A stretch of 64,000 nt of DNA from Gammaproteobacteria bacterium (GCA_965222615.1 CBDCUI010000007.1:1-64000), one strand, 5' to 3'. Shown: positions 1-9,639, counted from the first letter of the stretch. A program made the numbers and translations. The notes: generated from the sequence alone by a model not told the origin.

Positions 1-503
1 CGTGTTTCAGTAAACGGTATCGTATCAATCCATACATCTGCAGGTAATTCATCCTCTTCAGGCAACCATGCTTTTACACGATGAGGACCTGCATTATAAG
101 CCGCAGAAGCGAGTGCACGATGGCCATTGAATTTTTTTAACATCTCACTGATATATGTGCTACCGAGGTTGATATTAAAACTTGGCATATATAAATCTTT
201 CCGCGATGGTGTTTTTAACTTGAGTCGTCTAGAAACCTGCTTTGCTGTTGCTGGCATTAATTGCATTAAGCCTCGGGCTCCTACAGGAGATTTCGCTTGT
301 GGATTAAATGCACTTTCACGACGAATGATCCCATATATAAAGGCAGGCTCTAAGTTCCTCCTGGAAGAATATCTATCTACAAGACTATCAAACGGTGTTG
401 GAAATCGAATTGACAAATCACTAAAGTATTTAGCTTTAGCAATAGTACGTATCGCATAATCGTGCCACTGCCATTGATGCGCCAGTGCAGCTGCAATTTG
501 TAA
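1..503 (-). pseudogene. slt: Slt70-type lytic transglycosylase, C-terminal catalytic domain; in frame with the upstream ORF past a TAG at 504-506; runs off the window edge
   Basis: Manual translation after the TAG gives LQIAAALAHQWQWHDYAI...IYGIIRRESAFNPQAKSPVGARGLMQLMPATA...AAYNAGPHRV...IDTIPFTET, with all SLT motifs (ES, GLMQ, AYNAG, ET) and no further stops. Confidence 0.9.
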
Positions 504-1964
504 CTATCGTTCTGTAAAGCTCTTGGTTACAAAATTCCACTCGCGGCGTGCATCTGCAAATTGATCTACTAATAATAGTTCTCTTGTACGTATGATTGCG
601 GGTAATTTAGCAATTTCTTCAAATTCTTCAAAACTATATTGAACTGGAATATCGTCGATATTATATGGAGTAGCAATTTTATCGGCTGCTAAAAAACCAT
701 AATAACTACGTTCAGCCGCAATACTTTGATATATTTCACTAGCATCAGATTGCATGCCTTGCTCTTCAAGTGCACGTGCTTTCCAATATTGCCATTGTTC
801 CTGGGCTTTTTCTTCTTCACTCAACATGGCAATACCACGTAACACTAGATCCCAGTCTTGGCTGCGTATTGCAGAACGTGCACGCCACATCCCTGTTGAG
901 GCATCAACTACTTCTTTGGGCAACTCATACATCCATGTCGTCGCTCTTTTATCGTGGCGATAGGCAGCACGAAGAGCAAGGTTACGCTCAATCTCATCAT
1001 GTAGATCAGAACCAAAGGCATAGTTTTCACGAATCGTAGCCCAGGCCTCATGTGCTGCAGTCAGGTCCTTTCGTGCATAGCGTTTGAGTCCATGGCGTAC
1101 AATTTGTCTATTTAAATGGCTGTCTTTCTGTAAAGCACGAGATAAGAGATGTCTTTTAGGGTTGCTGTGAGTTGTTAACCAAAGTTCGGCTTTAGCCTGT
1201 TCAGGCTCAGATAACTTCTTAGCGAGGTATTTTGCAAGCCTAGGCCGATTACTTTCCATGGCCAAAGCAAAGCGTTCCCAAATCAATTCATCATTTAAAT
1301 ACTCTTCATCTTCATACCACTTAAACAAAGGATCACATTGTTTTGGTTGAGACTTCCCAACCAGCCAAATATCACGTATTTGAGTAATGTGCTTTTGTAT
1401 ATCGCCCTGACGAATTTTTGCGCGTAAAAAATAACAACGCAGTGCCGTAGAATCGTCTTCTTTATAGTAATTTATAAACTTTTTCCATTTACCTTTCTTT
1501 TGCAAATGAACTAACCAAGTGAGTCGCAAGCGATTAGAGAGCGGAGTATCATTATAAATCGTAATAAACTCATTGACTTCAGCGTCGCTTACTCTGGAAA
1601 GTCTTGCGATTAAGTCGTCATAAACCAAATAAGGATATAGCGGGTAATTGGTCAGCTCAGCTTTATAAGCACTGAACTGATTGATTTTGTGTTTACTTAA
1701 GGCTAAGCGTGCTTGCAGATAATCAACACGTTCTTTCTCCCAAATATCGTGGGTATCTGCATAACTCTGATTCGAGTAGACGATGAACCAGGCAATAAAA
1801 ATCCAGTTTAGATAAAAAATTTGGAAGTGATTACTGCACAGCGTACACGAGCGCTGTGCAGCTTTTAAAAATAAATTGTTAGAAAGTGGTAGCCTCGTTG
1901 TATTTTTCAGAAGCAATACTCTCATTGTGTTGATCAGTTCCTTCATGTAGTCCATTACCATCAT
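504..1964 (-). CDS. slt: Soluble lytic murein transglycosylase (Slt70), N-terminal U and linker domains; true start probably downstream of 1964
   Basis: YPLYPYL, QPKQCDPLF, QWQYWKARA, RSYYGFLAA and ARREW motifs; signal-peptide-like segment ending SYA; ORF track ends at a premature TAG. Confidence 0.88.
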   Translation of the reverse strand: MMVMDYMKELINTMRVLLLKNTTRLPLSNNLFLKAAQRSCTLCSNHFQIFYLNWIFIAWFIVYSNQSYADTHDIWEKERVDYLQARLALSKHKINQFSAYKAELTNYPLYPYLVYDDLIARLSRVSDAEVNEFITIYNDTPLSNRLRLTWLVHLQKKGKWKKFINYYKEDDSTALRCYFLRAKIRQGDIQKHITQIRDIWLVGKSQPKQCDPLFKWYEDEEYLNDELIWERFALAMESNRPRLAKYLAKKLSEPEQAKAELWLTTHSNPKRHLLSRALQKDSHLNRQIVRHGLKRYARKDLTAAHEAWATIRENYAFGSDLHDEIERNLALRAAYRHDKRATTWMYELPKEVVDASTGMWRARSAIRSQDWDLVLRGIAMLSEEEKAQEQWQYWKARALEEQGMQSDASEIYQSIAAERSYYGFLAADKIATPYNIDDIPVQYSFEEFEEIAKLPAIIRTRELLLVDQFADARREWNFVTKSFTER

Positions 1965-2316
1965 GTACTTTCATGGTGCCATCTATCATCGCACCTTGTG
2001 CGACAGAAACACTGGTCCCGCTCACATTTCCGAATATTCTAGCACTTCCTCGAATTTCAAGGTTACCTCTTGCAAATACATCGCCCTTAACCGTACCACC
2101 AATTATGACGTCATCCGTCCGTATATTGCCTTCCCAAACCGCGGTTGAGGTCAATTCCACTAGGCCTTCTATGTCACTATCGCCATTAACTTGGCCACTT
2201 ATCACGATTGGACCAGACCCTTTAATGTCGCCGGATATTGTAAATTCCTTACCTAGTATGGCAGCAGGCGCAGAAACTTTGTCTTTTAATTTGCGCATAC
2301 CCATATTTGTCTCCAA
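1879..2316 (-). CDS. Bactofilin (polymer-forming cytoskeletal protein)
   Basis: Repeated I/V-x-G-D/N-I/V beta-helix pattern (ISGDIKG, VNGDSD, WEGNIR, VKGDVFA, IFGNVS, GAMIDGTM). Confidence 0.9.
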   Translation of the reverse strand: METNMGMRKLKDKVSAPAAILGKEFTISGDIKGSGPIVISGQVNGDSDIEGLVELTSTAVWEGNIRTDDVIIGGTVKGDVFARGNLEIRGSARIFGNVSGTSVSVAQGAMIDGTMKVHDGNGLHEGTDQHNESIASEKYNEATTF

Positions 2317-2484
2317 GCATTTTCAATTGAATGTAAAGTATACCTCCAAGCTTCGTAGATCTGGTGTCTCATTAATCTAGTGCCCGACTGATGAGTGAAA
2401 AAATGCTATGAGCTGACAATTTACTTAAAATAAAGCTGTGTTTACCGGTAATTTATTAGCAACCCAGCGCGGTAACATCCCTAT

Positions 2485-2739
2485 ATGGACAAGATTATCG
2501 ACATTCTAAATTTGATTTATAACTCACCTCAATACTCGTTTGGTTGGTTAGTCGTTGCATGCTTAGCTACGCTGCCCGCCATAGTAAGTGGTAATCTAGT
2601 GCAACATTATTTAGTGAAATTTACTAAAAACGATACGGCCAGAAATTCATTTTATAAACCTCTATTGCTTAATTTAGCAATACTAACCTTATGCGTATGT
2701 ATCATGGCATATGCTTTTTATTTATATGTATGGACTTAA
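2485..2739 (+). CDS. Small two-TM membrane hypothetical protein
   Basis: 84-aa ORF with two hydrophobic segments that fills the gap between neighbours. Confidence 0.6.
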   Translation: MDKIIDILNLIYNSPQYSFGWLVVACLATLPAIVSGNLVQHYLVKFTKNDTARNSFYKPLLLNLAILTLCVCIMAYAFYLYVWT

Positions 2740-2743
2740 GTAC

Positions 2744-3946
2744 TTACTTTTTATGAACTACTCTAAAGATTTTAGTCTCCTCACGCTTTTCTTCCACTAG
2801 CTTTGATTCTTGAATAGTAGAATAGTGACTGATATCAATATCGTCTTGAATTTTAGAAGCCACAATGGTCGAGTATTTTTCTACGACACCAAACTGTTCT
2901 AGCGCATCATTTAATTCTGTCGCACTTAATGCTGAATTAGCTACGAGGTCTTCATATACGATGAGAATACCCATTGGGTTTACCTGGTCCCAAACTTTCT
3001 TTAAAAAAGCTTTTCTTGTCGTTGCATCCATCCCAGCTAAACGATTAGATATACAAATAACATCTGACGGCTGCTGAATATCCAACTCAGTGGAGCTTGA
3101 TGATTGGATTTGATGTCTACTTTCTACATGAGGTGAAAAATAGGCTTTAAAATTATTTTCGCTGACCTCTTGTCCTAGAGTAGTATAGTGTGTAGTGATA
3201 CCACTCGTAACTGAAATATACGGGCTTAACAGTAGATCCGTTATTAATAATCCGCAATCGTTACTAAAATTGTGTATTGCCACAGAGTTCATGGCGCCAT
3301 AGTGTTCTAAAATAATACGCTCTACCACTGCACTGTAGGCGTAATTATCCCAAACCTTTTTTACCAAATCTGTATAAATTGCTTTGACTTCATTTTGACT
3401 AGTTGACTCAAATAAATTCTGCAACACTAGATTTGCACGTTGTTGATAAAACCATTCGATCGTACTCGGCATGGGTTCAGGCCACTTGCGCCCCACTTTT
3501 AAAGACATCACACCATCATTTTCGGCTCTAACATTGCTAAACCCGGTCCAACGTTGACGACTTAAAAAAATATTTTCTAAAAAACTTCTCGACCAATAGC
3601 CTTTCTCTTGGGCCTGCCCTTCAGGGTACACTGGCAAAATGATCGATCCATCTGGTTTTAATATTTTTAAGAGCTGCAACAAAAAAGATGCGCCCCAATT
3701 ATTAGAGAATAACGGTACACTTATGCCGATGTAAATTCGATCTACAAGATTTGGTAGTAGTGGGTAGAAAAAATTCGTTACTCGGCCATCTCCTAATGTA
3801 TGGCCCAAGCGAGAAGAGCTAGGTGTCATACTATGTATATTTTCATCCGGAAGAATTTGATTATTCTTATCGCGCTCTCCAGAAAAATAGTAATCTAAAT
3901 CCTCCACAATAAATTCTTCTGATAAATGGAAAGCCACATGCGCCAT
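2744..3946 (-). CDS. Hypothetical protein with two degenerate class I SAM-methyltransferase-like segments
   Basis: 400-aa ORF; LLKILKPDGSIIL and FLKKVWDQVNPMGILIVYE resemble the L-x-P-G-G methyltransferase motif; no clear GxGxG. Confidence 0.55.
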   Translation of the reverse strand: MAHVAFHLSEEFIVEDLDYYFSGERDKNNQILPDENIHSMTPSSSRLGHTLGDGRVTNFFYPLLPNLVDRIYIGISVPLFSNNWGASFLLQLLKILKPDGSIILPVYPEGQAQEKGYWSRSFLENIFLSRQRWTGFSNVRAENDGVMSLKVGRKWPEPMPSTIEWFYQQRANLVLQNLFESTSQNEVKAIYTDLVKKVWDNYAYSAVVERIILEHYGAMNSVAIHNFSNDCGLLITDLLLSPYISVTSGITTHYTTLGQEVSENNFKAYFSPHVESRHQIQSSSSTELDIQQPSDVICISNRLAGMDATTRKAFLKKVWDQVNPMGILIVYEDLVANSALSATELNDALEQFGVVEKYSTIVASKIQDDIDISHYSTIQESKLVEEKREETKIFRVVHKK

Positions 3947-4061
3947 AATATTTTTTCTTGTGTAGATAATCGTGACGGGATTCTGCTAAAGCTGCTTGCA
4001 TCTTTCAAGATGCTCAAGTTTTGAGCATGAAACTTTAGCGCGAGTTAACTAGACTATGCTG

Positions 4062-4610
4062 CTAGTGAATTCTAAGTGTCAAACCGCTCGTATTTCGATT
4101 GCTTCGCAGCCCACGAAACCGTCTGGCATTAAAATCAGTAGCAGGACAAAATTCTCGGCGACGAAACGAAGGCCGGTCACCATATTCCTTATTAGATCTA
4201 TGCAGCCTTCGATGCCTATTAAATTTATTATGTACAAAAAATGGATATGCAACAGTATATCGCTCTTTATTAGGCTCATTTACATAAACCACTTGCGGTG
4301 TAGACGGTTGTAGTGCAGCTTTTTGTTTGGCTTTTTCTAACTTAATTTTTTCACGCTCAAGGCGTTCTTGATGCAAACGCATCCATTGATTAGTAATCGA
4401 GTAATAATCTTGCTGTGTAGAAGTCGCAGTAGAATAAGTTGATGAAACCTCTATCACCGCAACTTGACCAACCTTTGCATCAGGCGCCTTATCAGAGTAA
4501 TGCGTGACACCATGCTCATCTACCCATTTATGAATTCCTGTAGCTAATGCAGGCATACAAAAAGCATAAAAAAGAGTCACTAATACGACCGTTATTTTTA
4601 AATTCACCAT
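4062..4610 (-). CDS. DUF4124-type exported protein
   Basis: Signal peptide then IHKWVDEHGVTHYSDKAP; start re-assigned to ATG 4610. Confidence 0.8.
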   Translation of the reverse strand: MVNLKITVVLVTLFYAFCMPALATGIHKWVDEHGVTHYSDKAPDAKVGQVAVIEVSSTYSTATSTQQDYYSITNQWMRLHQERLEREKIKLEKAKQKAALQPSTPQVVYVNEPNKERYTVAYPFFVHNKFNRHRRLHRSNKEYGDRPSFRRREFCPATDFNARRFRGLRSNRNTSGLTLRIH

Positions 4611-4669
4611 AAGTCTTTGAGTCAAAAAATATCCTGAATGTTCCCTGAACATTTTATAAAATTCACGAA

Positions 4670-4891
4670 TCATTCTATCTTCTGCCAGCCTTGCAAATCG
4701 GCTGGTGCTAAGTGCTTTTCCAACAAATCCCACACTGTATAACCGGATTTTTGCTCATACACGGCCTCAGCTGCTTCCTCAGGTGTTGGAAAAGTTCGGG
4801 TAGGCATTCCATCCACCCACAGATCCCATAAGCCTAAAGGCTCTTGCTGAATCATGAATGTTGAAACCTCAGTTTCTAATTTATACTTCAT
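4670..4891 (-). CDS. Small hypothetical protein
   Basis: 73-aa ORF with globular-looking composition (GLWDLWVDG...AAEAVYEQKSGYTVWD). Confidence 0.6.
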   Translation of the reverse strand: MKYKLETEVSTFMIQQEPLGLWDLWVDGMPTRTFPTPEEAAEAVYEQKSGYTVWDLLEKHLAPADLQGWQKIE

Positions 4892-4922
4892 GCTAATGAT
4901 TATAACTTAATATGCTCAAAAC

Positions 4923-5297
4923 ATGTCCTCAGCTAACTTTTTTTTCCACGGGTTGTTCCCAGATTATCTTGAAACTAGTGGAGGAACACCTCGACAAATT
5001 AGCAAAGTATTATTTGATGTAACTTTTGATAAGGAGTTTCACTCACATTTACTTGCAGATATTTGGCTTGTAGAAAATGATGAAAAAAATGATATTCCGA
5101 CTTTTGAAGTGCACTATGACTTACCTTTTGAATGCGATGAATTTCCAAAAGCAGTCGTAAACTATTACCAACAAGTAATTGGCCCACAGTCTACGACTAT
5201 AAGCCATAGTGGCCCAAAAGGTCCCATACCTAATAAAGGTGTTTATCGTGTACAGTGGGAAGTCACGTTAGATGCCGAAAGAAAAGCTAGCTCTTAG
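4923..5297 (+). CDS. Hypothetical protein
   Basis: 124-aa ORF upstream of ptrB, no recognisable motif. Confidence 0.55.
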   Translation: MSSANFFFHGLFPDYLETSGGTPRQISKVLFDVTFDKEFHSHLLADIWLVENDEKNDIPTFEVHYDLPFECDEFPKAVVNYYQQVIGPQSTTISHSGPKGPIPNKGVYRVQWEVTLDAERKASS

Positions 5298-7506
5298 CAA
5301 AGTGTTAAAACTAAATGCAAAACTTTTTCATTTAAACAAAATTTTTTTGCTCAGACTTGCGTTAGCCTTACTTATTACAATATTAATCGTTATGACTACC
5401 TTGTCAGCTACTTCTTCGATAAATCCACCTATTGCGGAGAAAAAACCATATAGTGTGACCCTACATGGTCATCAGCGTATCGATAACTACGCTTGGCTGA
5501 AAGATTCCAATTGGCAAAAAGTAATAAAAGACCCCACTCAATTATCAAACGACATTCGCAATTATTTGGAAGCGGAAAATCGCTACCTTGAAACTGTACT
5601 AAATGACACCAGCCAGCTACAAAAAGATCTATTCACAGAAATGCGCACCCGCATTAAAGAAGATGATAGCTCAGTACCTCAAAGAGATGGCAACTATTAT
5701 TATTACGTGCGCTATGAAAAAAATCAGCAATATCCTATCTATTGCCGTTACCGTCATGATAGATCTAATCACGAAGAAATTTTACTCGACACCAATGAAG
5801 TAGCAAAAGAATTTAGTTATTTTGATATAGGAGATACAGGACATAGTCCGGATCATCGATATTTTGCCTATAGCGCGGATACAAAAGGCTCTGAGTTTTA
5901 TTCGCTTTACATTATCGATTTAAAAAATAACAAATACCTACCTGACCAAATTGACAACATACAAAGTGAATTTGTGTGGGCTCAAGATAATCGTACGATT
6001 TTTTACACTACGCTCGATGAAAACCATCGTCCAGATAAAGTCTTGCGTCATAAACTAGATTCGGCCGTAGCTCAAGACAGCATTGTTTATCAAGAATCTG
6101 ACTCCGGATTTTTTGTCTCACTGGATGTAACTGAATCAAACAACTATATCTTAATCTCTGCTCATGATCATGAGACTACTGAAATTCATGTCATAGATGC
6201 ATTTAATCCTGAACATGATGCAAAACTATTCACTAAAAGAGAAACGGGCGTTGAATACGAAGTTTCTGACCATAAAGAGTTTTTTTACATTGTCACAAAT
6301 TTAGATGATGCAGAAGACTACAAAATCATGCAGACATCAGTACGCAACACTGCACGCGACAATTGGAAGGATGTATATAGGCCGAAAGCCGGCACCTTAT
6401 TAAGAGGTATTTATATTTTCAAAAACTATCTGATTCGCTCAGAACGTATCAATGGCTTACCCAAAATTGTCATTGTTGAGATAGACGAACAAACATTAAA
6501 CAATGAACATAGCATTGAATTCAAAGAAGAAGCATATGAGCTAAATGTTATACCTGGCTATGAGTTTGATACGCAACAATTACGCTTCTCATATACATCT
6601 ATGACAACTCCCGAACAAATTTACGATTACAATATGCAAACTCGTGAACGAACCTTAAAAAAACAACAAGATGTTCCTAGTGGTCATGATGAAAATAAAT
6701 ATATAACACGCAGACTATTTGCTAAATCGCCTGATGATGAAGAAATTCCTATTTCTTTACTCTATAAAAAAGACACTCCAATCGATGGTAGTGCGCCATT
6801 GTTATTATATGCTTATGGTTCTTACGGAAACTCAATCCCAGCGAGCTTCTCAACAAACCGTCTTTCTCTAGTTAATCGTGGATTCATCTTTGCAATCGCA
6901 CATGTTCGTGGTGGAATGGAAAAAGGCTATGCATGGTATCGCAATGGAAAACGCAAATTCAAAACGAATACTTTTGCAGACTACATTGCCTGTGCCGAAT
7001 ATTTAATTCGTCAAAAATTTTCTGCGCGTGGCAACATTGCGGTGCATGGTGGGTCTGCAGGCGGAATGCTAGTAGGTGCGGTACTTAATATGCAGCCAGA
7101 AATATTTAAAGCGGTCATTGCAGATGTACCTTTTGTAGATGTACTCAACACCATGAGCGATGACAGCTTGCCCTTAACTCCACCTGAGTGGCCCGAATGG
7201 GGAAACCCACTACTTAATGAGGAAGATTATTTAACCATCCTGAAATACTCACCTTACGATAATGTCACGCCACAGCATTATCCCAACATCCTAGTTACGG
7301 CTGGACTTACTGACCCAAGAGTGACCTACTGGGAAGCAGCGAAATGGGTGGCAAAATTACGTGATCAAAAATTAGACAATAATTTATTATTGTTAAAAAC
7401 AAATATGCAAGCAGGCCATGCCGGTGCCTCAGGACGCTATGATTACTTGAAAGAAATTGCGCTGATGTATGCTTTTTTGTTAAAAGTTTTTAAAATAGCG
7501 ACTTAA
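5272..7506 (+). CDS. ptrB: Oligopeptidase B (S9A family); likely start near ATG 5392
   Basis: DNYAWL, YAYGSYG, HVRGG, GGSAGG nucleophile, VPFVDVLNTM, DPRV, AGHAG. Confidence 0.93.
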   Translation: MPKEKLALSKVLKLNAKLFHLNKIFLLRLALALLITILIVMTTLSATSSINPPIAEKKPYSVTLHGHQRIDNYAWLKDSNWQKVIKDPTQLSNDIRNYLEAENRYLETVLNDTSQLQKDLFTEMRTRIKEDDSSVPQRDGNYYYYVRYEKNQQYPIYCRYRHDRSNHEEILLDTNEVAKEFSYFDIGDTGHSPDHRYFAYSADTKGSEFYSLYIIDLKNNKYLPDQIDNIQSEFVWAQDNRTIFYTTLDENHRPDKVLRHKLDSAVAQDSIVYQESDSGFFVSLDVTESNNYILISAHDHETTEIHVIDAFNPEHDAKLFTKRETGVEYEVSDHKEFFYIVTNLDDAEDYKIMQTSVRNTARDNWKDVYRPKAGTLLRGIYIFKNYLIRSERINGLPKIVIVEIDEQTLNNEHSIEFKEEAYELNVIPGYEFDTQQLRFSYTSMTTPEQIYDYNMQTRERTLKKQQDVPSGHDENKYITRRLFAKSPDDEEIPISLLYKKDTPIDGSAPLLLYAYGSYGNSIPASFSTNRLSLVNRGFIFAIAHVRGGMEKGYAWYRNGKRKFKTNTFADYIACAEYLIRQKFSARGNIAVHGGSAGGMLVGAVLNMQPEIFKAVIADVPFVDVLNTMSDDSLPLTPPEWPEWGNPLLNEEDYLTILKYSPYDNVTPQHYPNILVTAGLTDPRVTYWEAAKWVAKLRDQKLDNNLLLLKTNMQAGHAGASGRYDYLKEIALMYAFLLKVFKIAT

Positions 7507-7602
7507 CATAAGATCTAGTATCGTATACATAATGATCTGCCAAGTTTTTGGCGCAAAATTTTGGGTTTGACTTACTATTACAAATAAATTACAGGAAGAG
7601 AG

Positions 7603-7818
7603 ATGGCTGTGGAAAATTTAGTTCGTCGCGATGCAGACGAAGGCTACATTATTGCCTGGAAAGCAAAATATGATTTTGAAACGGGCAAAATGAAAGATGA
7701 AACCATGACTTATGGTGAAGCACGAAAAAAATGCGAAGATTTAAATGCCAAAAACTCTGATAAAACCTATTGGCCAGAAAAAATTAAACCTAAGCCTGAA
7801 TGGCATATCATTTACTAA
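7603..7818 (+). CDS. Small hypothetical protein
   Basis: 71 aa, preceded by an AGGAAGAG RBS-like sequence. Confidence 0.65.
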   Translation: MAVENLVRRDADEGYIIAWKAKYDFETGKMKDETMTYGEARKKCEDLNAKNSDKTYWPEKIKPKPEWHIIY

Positions 7819-8162
7819 CGTATTAGTTGCAAAAGTTTAGATTCAAACAACCAGACACAGAAAGACACGAACCTAAGCAGGCCAAGAATCAAGGCTATAT
7901 ATCCTCATCCGCACATCCTCTATGCGCATTACATCACGCTGAGAAGCGCAAGAGCTTTAAGGAAAGCAACAACCTTGATGCGAACTTTCTCACACACATC
8001 CATATGCTGAAAAAAGGTAAAGTGTTTATGCCAATATTTAATAAACGTTAAGTTATGCAGTTTGATATTTTTTTAATATCACCTAACACTAATCGGTTGC
8101 ATCGTCCCTGATGGAACGCTTATTCGCACGTTCTTGTACTCGCCATTATTTGCTTGACGAGC

Positions 8163-8332
8163 ACACAGAAAAGACGGCTGGCAAATGAACAGGGAGGTTC
8201 ATTTGAGGCAGGCTGAGCAGGATGTGAATCCTGCCGTCCGCCATGTCTTTCTGTGTAGCGAGTGTACCCCGTAAGGGGCAAGGAAATTAGGCTGCATTTT
8301 CTTGGTGACTTCTTTGTTGCCACAAAGAAGTC
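8163..8332. repeat. Highly structured intergenic palindromic element
   Basis: Stems 8163-8178/8240-8256, 8182-8190/8197-8205, 8207-8212/8230-8235, CCCC-GTAA-GGGG 8267-8278, and 11-bp stem 8307-8317/8322-8332. Confidence 0.6.
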
Positions 8333-8440
8333 TCTCGCTCTCATTGCAGGAGATATAAAAAATAATCGAAGTATTGGGAGAGCGAAGTAGTTTCCTAGAG
8401 GTTGCTAACTGGTTTGCCACGCCACTTCGTGGCTCGCAAT

Positions 8441-9521
8441 TGTATGTGTTATCTAATTCGTTGATAGATTTTGTAGCATGGAAGCGGGAGTTTTGCCATC
8501 AATACCTTGATGGGCTCTCGCTTCATTGTAATAAATTAAGTAGGCACTCAGTTCATCTGCAAAGTGTTTTTCTGAGGTAAAGTAAGTACCATCAATCAAA
8601 TCTTCGTTCAAGGTTCTCCAAAAGCGTTCCACTTTGCCATTGGTTTGTGGACGATAAGGTCTTGTATAGCGATGTTTGATGCCCATCTCTAGTAACATGC
8701 GCTCAAAGGCATGTTTGGGTTTTTGTTTCGACTCTTTGACTCCGAACTCCGGTCCATTATCTGTCAGGACTTCTGCAAACTGAATCCCATATTGACTCGA
8801 TAAATAGTTGAAACAACGCAGCGTAGCAAACATCACCGTTAGACTTTGAATATCCTCGACCACTTGCGCCCAGGCAATACGACTGTAGGCATCCACCACA
8901 CACACTAAATAGCGACGCTTGGATTCATTGGCAATCATATCCTTACTCAAGTGATGACAGTCTATATGGGCGAGCTCGCCTGCCTTTTCTCGAATAATGC
9001 GGCGTTTTTCTTCTTGCATAGCAGGCCTTAATCGGTTCACTCCATGACGTTTGAAGATCTGATAGATACATGATGGCGAGGGCGTATTCTGACCTAATTT
9101 CGCTTGTAAGATAAGATGAATCTCATAGCGATTATTGCCTTGCGCACGCGCTTTGAGGACTTGCGCTTCGATCTGCGGACAAGTGCGTCGAGTACGCCAT
9201 TTCGGCCCACGTTTGGCGGGTAATAAAGAAACCACATTACCACTTTGACGATAGCGTGCGTAGTATTTTAAAAACGTTTGAGGACAAGTACCGTGGGCCG
9301 CATAGAAGTCTTTGACCCGGCGATACTGCGGGTGCTGCTTGGCTTTAACTTGTTCGTATTCAGCTATTAGATATTGATATTTCTGAATGTAGTTCTTCTT
9401 TAACGTGCTATCTCGACTGTTGATTCGCATGATGGCTTCTCCTCCTGTTCCGAGTTGCTTAGACACTTATCTAAGATTATCGGATGAGTGATTTTCATCA
9501 ACGATTTACGTAACCTATACA
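8441..9521 (-). mobile_element. Complete IS481-family insertion sequence (1081 bp)
   Basis: TGT...ACA ends; imperfect TIRs match 20/25 (tgtatgtgttatctaattcgttgat vs tgtataggttacgtaaatcgttgat); 5-bp direct repeat GCAAT at 8436-8440 and 9522-9526. Confidence 0.92.
8453..9430 (-). CDS. IS481-family DDE transposase (rve integrase core)
   Basis: HIDCH, VVDAYSR, TDNGPEF, RPYRPQTNGKVERF, YYNEARAHQG; ATG 9430 follows an AGGAGGAG RBS. Confidence 0.93.
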   Translation of the reverse strand: MRINSRDSTLKKNYIQKYQYLIAEYEQVKAKQHPQYRRVKDFYAAHGTCPQTFLKYYARYRQSGNVVSLLPAKRGPKWRTRRTCPQIEAQVLKARAQGNNRYEIHLILQAKLGQNTPSPSCIYQIFKRHGVNRLRPAMQEEKRRIIREKAGELAHIDCHHLSKDMIANESKRRYLVCVVDAYSRIAWAQVVEDIQSLTVMFATLRCFNYLSSQYGIQFAEVLTDNGPEFGVKESKQKPKHAFERMLLEMGIKHRYTRPYRPQTNGKVERFWRTLNEDLIDGTYFTSEKHFADELSAYLIYYNEARAHQGIDGKTPASMLQNLSTN

Positions 9522-9639
9522 GCAATGACTGAATCAGTTCGCGTCATCCATGACGCGTCTCTTATTCGCATATCCCTATGCTCACGCTATGACTTACGAG
9601 CACGGGAAGGCTTTACTTTAGTCAAAATGCAATAGTATT

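Noticed and set aside
127-459. 110-aa plus-strand ORF
   Set aside because: Antisense shadow of the slt catalytic domain
504-506. Genome-wide TAG reassignment or pyrrolysine
   Set aside because: Many genes here end in TAG at their expected C-termini; no pyl genes in the window
2388-2400. CTGATGAG-TGAAA resembling a hammerhead ribozyme core
   Set aside because: No stem II between CUGAUGA and GAAA and no flanking stems found
7827-8580. Short ORFs 7827-8051, 8120-8344, 8199-8420 and 8374-8580
   Set aside because: They overlap palindromic repeats or the IS end and lack convincing RBS or motifs
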